A stretch of DNA of 64,000 nucleotides from Eledone cirrhosa. Its lineage: Eukaryota. The DNA lies in assembly GCA_964016885.1 (NCBI GenBank), contig OZ024756.1, positions 1,426,001-1,490,000 on the forward strand, written 5' to 3'. The notes below the pieces were generated by a model, which did no database searches, was not told the DNA's origin, and saw only the letters and a list, made by a program, of their open reading frames with translations. The translations under genes and the position numbers were made by a program. Numbering within the stretch: position 1 is the stretch's first letter; every line of letters starts with the position of its first letter. Below are positions 1 to 10,490 of this stretch, one piece after another.

Positions 1-83
1 AATTACAGGCTTCCATATAAAACTAGACCAAATTAATCTTGACTGCTTCACTAAGTCACATAAGAAATCGTTTGATGTCAGCC

Positions 84-106
84 GTCTCTGTGGCGCAATC
101 GGTTAC

Positions 107-140
<34 letters not shown>

Positions 141-157
141 GAGTCCACCCAGGGACG
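84..157 (+). tRNA. trnN-GTT: tRNA-Asn (anticodon GTT) with one D-stem mismatch
   Basis: GTCTCTGTGGCGCAATCGGTTACCGCGTTCGGCTGTTAACCGAAAGGTTGGTGGTTCGAGTCCACCCAGGGACG matches the conserved metazoan tRNA-Asn. Acceptor stem GTCTCTG/CAGGGAC, anticodon GTT at 118-120, A and B boxes present, T-rich Pol III terminator-like run at 160-170. C at 106 replaces the usual G. Confidence 0.93.
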
Positions 158-585
158 AGTTTGTTATTTTGGATCTTTTACTTCCACTCCAAATCCTTCT
201 CATTTTGCCCCACCCCCATACAATTTCATTTCATTTTCCTCAATTAAGACCAGCTAAGTTTATTTAATTAGTTTTATTCTAATGGTTCAATCAGGCGAAA
301 GTGGTTGTACACAGATTTTTAACAGGTTCTCTGAATCTATTGAACCATATCCGACTGATGTTTATAAAGAAATATGAGAAAAAACGTAATTGTTGAGGGT
401 TAGTGCGAGACATGTTGAGAAAAACATAGTATACGTGACGAGAGATAGATAGATAGATATAGAGAGAGTATACGTGACGAGAGATAGAGAGGGGGTATTT
501 ATTTTGTGGAAATGGGGGGAAGTGATATGCAAACAAGTAGTTCTTGAGAATTAGAGGTTGTTTTAATATCGGTATAAAAAGGTGA

Positions 586-822
586 GTGGGTAGACTGCGC
601 ATGTGTGGACGGGTAGGTTTTTGAAAGGCCGAGTGGGTAGATTGCGCATGGGTAGACTGGTGACGTTTTAGTGGGTAGACTGTGCATCTGTGGACTGGTG
701 GGTTTTTGAAAGGCCGAATGGGTAGACTGCGCATGGGTAGACTGCGCATGGGTAGACTGCGCATGTATAGACTGGTGGGATTTTGAAAGACCGAGTTGGT
801 ATACTGAGCATGTGTAGACTGG
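586..822. repeat. Degenerate 15-bp tandem motif GGGTAGACTGCGCAT nested in longer units containing TTTTGAAAGGCCGAGT
   Basis: Three exact tandem copies at ~721-765; further degenerate copies at ~588, 635, 650, 673 and 798; TTTTGAAAG(G/A)CCGA recurs at ~619, 704 and 781. Confidence 0.8.
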
Positions 823-1143
823 TTGCTTTTTATACTTGATCAGGCAATCTTGATAAAAATGAAACAGATTTGCGACCCCGTCTCTTTTCTATAACTAAGA
901 CTACATTATCCAATGTATGCGTCATGCTTTAAGACGGTTAAGTGTGATTTGAGAGAATTTGGTTGCTATTTTTAGCGGGGCGTATGATTAAGTAGAATCT
1001 CCATTGTTTAAATATGTTGGTAGGTATTTGGCATGCAATCAAATCGCTTTCCCTTGAATGGGTTTGATCTAAGATGTTCGTGTATATAACAACACAACCC
1101 AGCTATATGTTGGGTTAAGTAATACTAACCTGGCTCTGACGTA

Positions 1144-1684
1144 CTCTCTGGTCCCAAATAATAGGGCAGAGGGCTGAAATAAACAAGGGGGCTAACGATA
1201 ATTTTCCTAGATTGCCTCCCTTGATTAAAAAAAAAACAGAATTAGTCGTTTAATTTACATATTGTGACCCCCAACCCATCCTGTTTATTTTATAACTTAT
1301 GGGATTTCTAGAAATCATCATCATCACCACCATCATTTTACGTCCTCTTTCAACTGCTTGCAAGGGTGGGATGGGCTCTATTAAGCAAGGCATCTCTCCA
1401 TTCGTCACGGTCCTTTGCCATCACCTCTGTGAACTTCAGCGATCTGAGGTCTGCTCTCACCACCACCGCCCATGTTTTTCGTGGTCTTCCTCTTTTTTTT
1501 ATCATGTATAATGTTTTTTAATCTCCAAAGAAAAGTAATTGTCGCAGGAATGCAACCACTGAAAATACAAATTCGCCGGAGATAGGTTAGCAAAATTCGA
1601 TAAGCGGGGGTTTGGAATAAGTGTGGAATTGGAAAAAATCTGAAAACTTAGTAAGTGGGGTGACCATTATTAGAGACCCGAGAG
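1144..1684. mobile_element. MITE-like non-autonomous DNA transposon with imperfect TIRs and TA flanks (Tc1/mariner-type target site)
   Basis: Left end TA-CTCTCTGGTCCCAAATAATAGG; the right end reverse-complements to TA-CTCTCGGGTCTCTAATAATGG. Subterminal (A/G)TAAG(C/T)GGGG-like motifs; no transposase ORF. Confidence 0.55.
1314..1492 (-). mobile_element. Short 3' fragment of an RTE-clade LINE with (ATG)n tail, nested in the MITE-like element
   Basis: Clearly homologous to 5452-5620 (ccattcgtcac..., ttcagcgatctgaggtct..., gtttttcgtggtcttcctct); (CAT)n on the + strand at ~1316-1336. Confidence 0.8.
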
Positions 1685-2029
1685 TAAATTTCTTTATGTG
1701 TATCTTTGCATGTATATATGTCCATGGCATATTCATTAGTACATTATTAGTACATTACATTGATTACTTATTAGTAACCATTATGACGTCACACTATAAA
1801 TTATATTTGTATTTTTTTAAACGAAATTCTACACACACACCCCTCTCCAAAAAATCCCCAGAATTTCTTGGAAGGAAGTAAGAAGTAACAAGTGAAAAAC
1901 AACTTAAATTATTGAATATTGATGAAGATGATGCTCATATTGGTGGTGTGGTTGATCTTGTTTGTTTGGCTGTTGGCCTTCTTCTTCTTGTTGAAGTTGG
2001 TGGTAACCTCTTCACCAAACATCATACAT

Positions 2030-2597
2030 CGACAACATCATCGACGACAACAACTACAGATACAACAACAACGACAAGAACGGCAACAACAGCAGCAACA
2101 GCAACAACAACAACAGCAACAACAGCAGCAACAACAACAACAACAGCAGAAGATGAAAAAACAACAAGAGGCGGAAGAAGAAGAGGAAGAAATATAGGAG
2201 CAACAACAACAACAACAACAGCAACAGCCGCAATAACAACAACAACAGAAACAACAGCAACAACATCAGCAACAGAAGCAACAACAGCAGCAACAGAAGC
2301 AACAGAAACAACAACAGCAACAACAACAACAACAACAGCAACAGAAGCAACAACAACAACAGAAACAACAACAGCATCAGCAGCAGAAGCAACAACAGCA
2401 CCAACAACAGCAACAACAACAACAGCAACAGAAGCAACAACAACAGCAACAACAGCAACAACAACAACAACAGCAGCAACAGAAGCAACAACAGCAATAA
2501 CAGAAGCAACAACAACAGCAATAACAGAAGCAACACCAACATCAGCAACAGCAACAAAAACAACAGCAACAACAACAGCAACAACAGAAGCAACAGC

Positions 2598-2628
<31 letters not shown>

Positions 2629-2640
2629 GCAACAGCCAGA
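2030..2640. repeat. Degenerate trinucleotide tract (CAA/CAG/GAA)n
   Basis: About 600 bp of caa/cag/aga triplets that produce spurious poly-T, Q, V and L ORFs in several frames. Confidence 0.92.
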
Positions 2641-3101
2641 AAACCAACCATAACTGTATTAAGAATGCGAGGTCACACAATTAGTTGAGTCCTACAAAAC
2701 AAAATATCCACCCAGAACTAAAATTGCAGGAATTTATTTTTATGATTTAATCAGAAGGAAAGTACAGAACCCCTGAGCCTTCGAAGCCTCACCCAGACGA
2801 TATTAATGCCGTTGAAGTCTCTCATTTGCAGGGTAACAGTTAACCAATTTTACTAGTTCAACTTATTTTTTCAGGTATAATTTCTAAAATTTTATTTGTT
2901 ATTTTATGCTTCTTTCTAATTTTTTAAAATTTTAATAGTGTTATTTTCATCTTTAGAGCATCATTAACGAAACACGTTAAACTCCATATATATATGAAGG
3001 CGGCCGACCGAGGTAGAAGCTGCTAAATAGTCGGTCGTCCTCTTGTCTCTGATTTTCATCCCCATTGATTTTATCTGTTAGATTCCTTTGTTATATTTTG
3101 A

Positions 3102-3158
3102 ATACCTGATGATGTCACCGGATTCATACTAAACCAGTCATTGAAATGATCATGGTAT
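3102..3158 (+). ncRNA. Degenerate type I hammerhead-ribozyme motif (Penelope pLTR type)
   Basis: ATAC-CTGATGA(3106-3112)-degenerate stem II-GAAA(3143-3146)-palindromic TGATCA-T-G-GTAT, followed by AATAAA. The cleavage-site base is G (non-canonical), so it is probably inactive. Confidence 0.5.
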
Positions 3159-3202
3159 AATAAACCTTTCAAGGATTTACACCAGTCCAGCCTCCTGTTA
3201 TT

Positions 3203-3207
<5 letters not shown>

Positions 3208-3280
<73 letters not shown>
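3208..3280. repeat. (TA)n microsatellite
   Basis: Pure TA run. Confidence 0.97.
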
Positions 3281-3282
<2 letters not shown>

Positions 3283-3366
3283 CAAAGAGATATTTAATTT
3301 GTTGGTAATTCCACAAATATATTTATAACAGATTCGAAGCACTCGACAGATTTTTACTGGAGTATA

Positions 3367-3612
3367 ATATCAATGATATTGATAAATGTAAACTATATTA
3401 ATAAAACCATATTTATTCTATTATATATATTTCATGGGTACCAAAACTTTGGTACGCTATCCAAACGGAACCTGAACTGGATATGTCACTACTTATAAAA
3501 CAAATTTTCTATTTTATCTGATGAGAGCGTACCAAAGTTTTTGGTACCCTTGAAATATATATAATAGAATAAATATGGTTTTATAAATATAGTTTCCATT
3601 TATTAATATAAT

Positions 3613-3618
<6 letters not shown>
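3367..3618. mobile_element. Inverted-repeat Penelope-type pLTR fragment (arms ~3367-3458 and ~3526-3618)
   Basis: The ~92-bp arms are reverse complements (ccatatttattctattatatatatttca / tgaaatatatataatagaataaatatgg). The right side overlaps a hammerhead core; ends at (TA)n. Confidence 0.7.
3510..3571 (+). ncRNA. Type I hammerhead ribozyme (minimal, palindromic stem III)
   Basis: Stem I TATTTTAT/ATAGAATA; core CTGATGA at 3518-3524; stem II GTACCAAA/TTTGGTAC; GAAA at 3552-3555; stem III A-TATATA-T; cleavage triplet AUA. Confidence 0.72.
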
Positions 3619-3655
<37 letters not shown>

Positions 3656-3660
3656 TATAT

Positions 3661-3875
3661 AAGTAGTAACACAACAGCTAGTCCACCATACCGAAAACAA
3701 TTGTTTCACCTTATACGGATCTTCAGCTCGGACTGGTCATGGTTATACGGAACAGGAAGAACAACCGTATGTTGTTCTTCCTGTTCCGTATAACCATGAC
3801 CAGTCCGAGCTGAAGATCCGCATAAGGTGAAACAATTGTTCTCGGTATGGTGGACTAGCTGTTGTGCTACTACTT
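3661..3875. mobile_element. 215-bp near-perfect palindrome (105-bp arms, 5-nt loop) of a Penelope-type pLTR, with a hammerhead motif in each arm
   Basis: 3661-3765 reverse-complements 3771-3875 with few mismatches; loop CGTAT; preceded by (TA)n at ~3615-3660. Confidence 0.8.
3805..3845 (+). ncRNA. Type I minimal hammerhead motif (mirror copy on the - strand at 3691-3731)
   Basis: CCGAG-CTGAAGA-TCCGCATAAGGT-GAAA-CAATTG-T-T-CTCGG: stem I CCGAG/CTCGG, palindromic stem III, GUU triplet; stem II is weak. Confidence 0.65.
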
Positions 3876-3933
3876 CTACCAAACTCGTCCCATGGACTGA
3901 GTGCTCTACCACTACGGATATTACCTTCCAGTG

Positions 3934-4071
<138 letters not shown>

Positions 4072-4177
4072 TTGGTTGACAATTAAACTAATGTGCACAG
4101 ACACACAGATATATTGCCCTTGGTATGACAGTGTGGTTTTAGCTCAATGTAGGATAATTAATATACTACAGAGCCGT

Positions 4178-4666
4178 TATAAGTTTAGGTATAACCAAAG
4201 AGTGCTTAGAAATACATCGTTTTATTTGTTAACAGTGTTTCATCCATACCCTAGGGCAGGAATCATCAGAGCCTATAAACAAAAGTATATCAATGGTTGC
4301 AGGCTCCATCGAGCCTAGTCACCAGAACAAGGAAGAAGGACAAGTAGGGGGCGCACAACACATGATAGATATAATGTCACAAAAATTACATCAGGAAAAA
4401 TTACATCATAAACAATTAGGTCAAAAGTTTATCACGTAAATGGTGCAATAGATAAGGAGGTTTAGAGAGGAGAGCAAGAAATGAATGAGGGTGTTACTCA
4501 GCATGATAAAAAAACAAACGAAGCATAGATACATAAATTCACAAGCAGTGCAAGCACTTGATTTTTTATAGGCTCTGATGATTCCTGCCCTAGGGTATGG
4601 AGGAAACACTGTTAGCAAATAAAACAATCTATTTCTAAGCACTCTTTGGTTATTCTTAAACTTATA
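4178..4666. mobile_element. Inverted-repeat Penelope-type pLTR pair (arms ~4178-4279 and ~4564-4666), each arm with a hammerhead motif
   Basis: The ~100-bp arms are reverse complements. + arm: GCT-CTGATGA(4575-4581)-TTCCTGCCCTAGGGTATGGAG-GAAA-CACTG-T-T-AGC-AAATAAA; the same motif is on the - strand at ~4227-4272. Confidence 0.72.
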
Positions 4667-4719
4667 TATAGAACACTAGCAGAGGTACCCTGCTTTGCTC
4701 CGGTATTAAATAGCAGTCA

Positions 4720-5170
<451 letters not shown>

Positions 5171-5345
5171 GTTTTCGTGCAACCAGCCAACCAACCAGCC
5201 AACCAACAAACTAATATATATCTAGGGGCCGCATTAGACAAAAACTTGAAAATTTTGTCAGTCCACAAAGCTCCTGGGAACATAAGGCATGCTTGTTCCA
5301 AATTTGAAGAAAATCGGTTGCAAACTGTAGACGTTATGTGGGTAC

Positions 5346-5347
<2 letters not shown>

Positions 5348-5405
<58 letters not shown>

Positions 5406-5451
5406 CCTCAATTTTATATATATATGTATTATATATATTTATATATATATA
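5348..5451. repeat. (CA)n followed by degenerate (TA)n
   Basis: Direct reading. Confidence 0.95.
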
Positions 5452-6705
5452 TCATCATCATTTTACATCCGCTTTTCCCTGCTCGCAAGAGTGGGACGGG
5501 TCCTATTCAGCACAGCATCTTTCCATTCGTCACAATCCTTTGTCATCCCCTTCGTGAGTTTCAGCGATCTGAGGTCTACTCTCACCATCTCCGCCCCTGT
5601 TTTTCGTGGTCTTCCTCTACTGTGTCTCCTTCTACTGGGATTTTTTGGCACTTCTTTACCCAGCGGTCATCCTCCATGCGCATCACATGTCCATACCCTC
5701 TCAGTCTTCTCGCCCGCACACTACAGCCTATCCATCTTATATACAGTTTCTCTCGCAACTCGTCTATGCTGGGTCGTTCACGCACATTGACATTGCACAT
5801 CCAACAGAGCATGCTTGTCTCATTTCTCTCCAGCCGTCGCATATTCTCTGCAGTTGCTTCCCACGTCTCACTACCATGCAGCATCGCACATCTCACACAG
5901 GCATCATATAACCGGCCTTTCGTTGGTAAGGAGAAACCCTTCTTTGTTAATTTTGTTAACAGAGGAAGCAGCCCCCTAAACTTCTTCCAACCCGTCCATA
6001 TTCTAGATACTATGGCCTCGAGGTACCCTCCTCCCTTACTAATCTGATCACCTAGGTATCGGAAGCTATCAACCGCCTCTATAGATCCAATTTGCATTTG
6101 AAAAATGTGTCTATCATTGCGACTTCTACTGTCAAATTTCCCTGTACATCGACTGCATATGTAGTTTTCGCTACCTGTTAGTTTGCCTTCTATCCCACTA
6201 CATCTCTTGTGTACCCAAGATCTGCATTGCGTACATTTTATAGAGTTTATGCCAACTTGTTTTCTACATATCGAACACGGCTATTTCCCTGGTGGAATCA
6301 GAGTCTTGTCCTCTTTCCTACTTATCAATACTTTAATCTTTGCTAGGTTTACTCTCAGTCCTTTTGATTCTAACTGCTGTTTCCATAGCCAGAATTTATT
6401 CTCTAGCTCCTCTACTGATTCTGATATAAGAACTAGATTGTCAGCATAGTTCCCACGAGCAGCCAGTCTTAAACTCCTCTGTTATGGCTTAGAGGACTAT
6501 AATGAACAAGAGCGGACTGAGAACCGAACCTTGATGCACTTTTACTGGAATTCCTCCCTAAACTCCATTCCTACTCTCACTTTACTGACAGCAGCCCGTA
6601 CATGGCTTGCACTGTCCTCACAAGCCATTCCTTTACACCTAGTTTTCTTAGTGACCACCAGATGTACTCTATCAAAGGCCTTCTCTAGGTCAACAAAAGC
6701 TATAT
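5452..6705 (-). mobile_element. 5'-truncated, degenerate RTE-clade LINE (RT C-terminal half plus (ATG)n tail)
   Basis: Minus-strand motifs YIAFVDLEKAFDRV (~6665-6705), HQGSVLSPLLFII (~6495-6540), YADNLVLI (~6425-6449), FRYLG, YDACVRCAMLHGSETW, RGRPRKT. Frameshifts present; (CAT)n tail at 5452-5461 abuts (TA)n. Confidence 0.88.
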
Positions 6706-6962
6706 AATAATAATAATAATGTTTTCTTTATTAACCACAAGGGTTTACATAAAGTAGACATTAAGGACAGTACAGGACAATACAGGACGGTACAAATGGG
6801 CATTTCTGCGTGTAAAAAAAAGAGGATGAAATAAAATAACAAAGAAAAATTCCCCAATAGGGGGGAGACTTCCGAGGGACATTTGTGGAGAAAGCCCATT
6901 AAAAGACCACAGTGGCCCTGACCACCAGGGCAAGTGCACTCTCCCATTTTTCCACCTTTAAT

Positions 6963-9900
6963 TTACAGACACATACTCAGAGAAGGCCCATTCATTCGGG
7001 CCATACTTGCTTCTCTCACCCATCTTTCAACAAAAAGCTGGGAAGAGAGCACTTCCCTCTCTACCCTGATTTTCCTTTTCAGATGAAATTTGAAAAAGTT
7101 AATCAGGGCATCACCGAAGAGGTAAGTGCTCGTATTCAGCCCTTTCAAACGTGTCCACCATACTATCTCTTTCGCCATGGCCACCAGACAGATAAAAACT
7201 GCCTGCCCTTCCCGGCTAAAGGAAGAGGGCGGGGCAATCCTCACGATGGACTCAGCTGATAGCTGGATCCGTCCTACACGTGACAGCAGGTGTTCGACAT
7301 AAACCCACAAGTCAGCAATGCTCGGACACTGGATGAGTGCGTGCAGGACGGTTTCGTCGCCCTGTGCGCATCTCGGACATGCCCGGCTGACGGCACCTCC
7401 ATGCCTGTAAAGTTTATCCCGAACTGGCAAAGCACCCCGGTAGCACTGCCAGGCCAGGGATTTCTGGAAGTTGTCCATAGGCCCCGGTCCGAAAGTCCTT
7501 CCGAAGAGATTGGCTAGTTGATTTTCGTCGACGCCTAGAGATTCTCCAAGTACGTCGTCGCTCTTCCCCTCCACTAATCCCCTATAGAACGCCAAGGTGG
7601 AGTTTCCACCGATCACATTGCCCGATTGGTCGAGGGTTGTGAGCGCCTGAAGACATTCCAGTCTCCAAGCGCTCCCTCTCGGTCTTCGCTTGACCCAGGA
7701 CTGCAGCTCCGTCAAGGAGACGAGCTGGGGAAAAACGTGTCTAGCAAACGGCGACCACACCTGATCACCGTCGAGGAAGAGGTGGAGATGTCGTAGCCTG
7801 AGCGCGTGTCTGCGCATCATCAGCCACGGCATGCCCAGCCCTCCACGTAGCGGGTGTTGACAGCAGATGGACCGCCTGACCATCGGAGCGCGTCCCTTCC
7901 ACAAGAAGCGAAAGAGCAAACGCTCCAGCGCAGTCAGGCGGGGCTTAGGACAAGGTACGACGGTCAGGCGGTAGCAGATGACAGACGCGATGTACGCATT
8001 AGCCACCTCCGCTCGACCTTTCAGGGATAGCTTCCTCTCGGCCCATTTCTGGGTGAGAGAAGCCACCCTGCTCGTCACCTCGTCCCAGATTTTGTCCGTC
8101 TGGAGGTCTGGACCGAACCAGACCCCTAGCAATTTAACCGGTCCGTCCGTCCAGCGCCCGACGACGCTGTTGGACGGCATGGACCTGCCTCTCCAGGTGC
8201 CGAGCTGCAGGCCCATTGACTTTTCCTGGTTGATCATTGCTCCTGTCACCGCTTCGTATTCTCTTAGTGTAGTGCCGATCGCTTCGATGTGTTTGGCGTT
8301 CGACACCACTACGGTGACATCGTCGGCATATGCTGACACGGATCTTCCGCATCCTAGTTCGCGCGGGACCCCCCTCAACGTCTCCAGTTTGTGCAGTAAT
8401 GGCTCGAGAGTCAATACGTACAATAGGGACGAGAGGGGACATCCTTGGCGGACCGAGCGCATGATGTTGAACGGTTCCGAAAGGTGACCGTTCACTCTCA
8501 CTACAGAGCAGATGTCGCTGTGCATGGCAGCGATCCAGCCTCTGAAGACGGGCCCAAAGCCAGCCGCCATCAGGACTGCCGCTAGGTAACGATGGTCGAC
8601 CCTATCGAAGGCTTTCGACTGATCTAAATTGATCAAAGACCCACCCGTGCCAGGTTCCCTAGCTACCCTCTCTACGATGTATCGCATGAGGTGGAGGTTG
8701 TCGTGGATGGATCTGTCGGGAATGGCGCATGTCTGTGCCTCTCCCACCAGACCACCAACGACAAGCGCCAACCTCTTTGCTAGCACCTTGGCCAAAATCT
8801 TGAACTCTGTGTTTAGCAGAGTTATGGGCCTAAAATTATCTATGTTATCCCCCTTGTTCGGATCCTTTCTCAGCAGCGCCACCGCTCCTCGGCTCACAGA
8901 GCTGGGAATTCTCCCGTTCTGTTGCCAATTGCAGTAGACGTTCGCCAAGAGGCCTCCGAACAAGTTTGGCATTTGTACGTAAAGTTCATAGGGCAGACCA
9001 TCCAAACCAGGCGATTTACCCCTTGTGCAACTAGTCATTGCATCCCGTACTTCAGCGGTTGTTATCGGCTTTTCGCAACACTCCGCCTCAGTGGCCGAAA
9101 GCCGTGGCAGTCCGTCGAGGTAGACACTAAAGTCCATCCCTCGATCCGGCCCGCCACTGCCCCCGAACAGTTGAGCGAAGTGTCGCTGAAAAGCTTCACA
9201 CATTTGCCCGGGATCGAGTAGCATGCGCCCGTCGTGGTCCACCAAAGACCGGATCGTGGCTTTGTTGCCACGACGCGCCTCCGCCACTCGGGCCCATTGA
9301 ACGGCTTTCGTCCCCTCGTGTCTGAGAGCACGCACCCTAGCTCTGACAACGCAGCCTTCGTGCTTTGCATTGAAGAATTGGTCAAGGGCCAATTTCGCCG
9401 CAAGTACGTCGGTCGCGATGCCTTTGCTAAGCGCCTCATCTAATTTTCTAACTAATTCTCCCTCTGCTCTATTTTTCTCTATTGCTAAAGTCTTACTAAA
9501 CCTAATGGACTCTATTCTAATTGCTCTTTTCAGAGCAAACCACCACTTGTTGTTGACGATGGCCCCCGTCAACGCCCGCTTAACTAGTTCGCTAATCCGG
9601 TCTCTGTAGGCCTTGCGCGCTGGTAAGGACGCGTTTAGCTTCCAGTAGCCGGGTCCTCGTCTATGAAGCCTATCTAAGTCAAGCACACAGATCACGAATT
9701 TGTGGTCCGTGTAGCTGACTATCTTGAATTGTGGACAGCCTATGCTAGACCTATCTACTTCCCTACAAAATACTCTATCTAGATATGATCTGGATGACCC
9801 TATGCGATTTGTCCAAGTCCACATTGGTACATTCGGGAAATCCATTCGGTACCTGTCAGACAGTTCAAAACGTCTGAGCAGGTTGGTGAGACTCTTGCAC

Positions 9901-10380
9901 CCTCCTTCCCTATCCACTAATCCCACACAATCCCAGCGTGCATCTAAGATCCCGTTCCAGTCGCCCAAACACTAAAGAGCGGGACGTTCCAAGAAAGGTC
10001 TCCAGACGCCGGAAGAAATCAGGCCGCCCTGCTCCTGTCGGGGCATAGACGGCCACTAGCCTGAAAGCTTGCCCGTCTCCGCTGGTCACGTCCAGCACCA
10101 CCAACTTACCTTCTGGGTCCAGGAAGATGGCCCGTATGGCAAGATCCAAACCTCTCCGAAAAAGCACAGCAACTCCTCCCCCCGATCCCGGACGGCTGGG
10201 AGATGCGTACACATCGTAGCCGCCGAAGATCGGTGCGAAAGCCTGTGCTTCGGAGATTCTGGTCTCGCTGATGGCCACTACATCTATGTTTAGTGACCTG
10301 AGGTCGTTGAGCAGGTGGCCCTGCTTCCATGACGACCCCAAGCCACGCGCATTTATGCTGCCTATTCTGAGTGAGGTCAT
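6963..10380 (-). pseudogene. LINE ORF2: APE endonuclease + reverse transcriptase + C-terminal CCHC, one frameshift near 9969
   Basis: APE motifs SINARGL, ISET, VYAP, GDWN, SYLDRVF, TDH; RT motifs KSPGLDGL, FRPITLLN, LDQSKAFDRV, RQGCPLS, YADD; CPRCAQGDETVLHALIQC. Split between ORFs 9910..10380 and 6963..9968. Confidence 0.9.
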
Positions 10381-10490
10381 GTTGAAAAGGAGTGGAAAAG
10401 ATGGGAAAGACCACTTACCTTACTTCTCGTAGGGGAAGGACGGTTTTTCCATCCTTTTCACTGCTTGTGGCCTCCTCAGGAAGGATGTCC

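Noticed and set aside
1912-2688. Mucin-like Thr-rich or signal-peptide plus polyQ protein
   Set aside because: The ORFs are by-products of a (CAA/CAG)n tract open in several frames; there is no non-repetitive domain or exon evidence.
2750-2880. Possible small host exon (ttgcag and tttttcag/gt splice-like signals)
   Set aside because: There is no recognisable coding similarity, and such motifs are common by chance in AT-rich DNA.
6690-6720. RTE element split by insertion of the (AAT)n retroelement chain
   Set aside because: I could not find the 5' half of the RTE on the far side of the chain (12590-16350), so simple 5' truncation or deletion is more likely.
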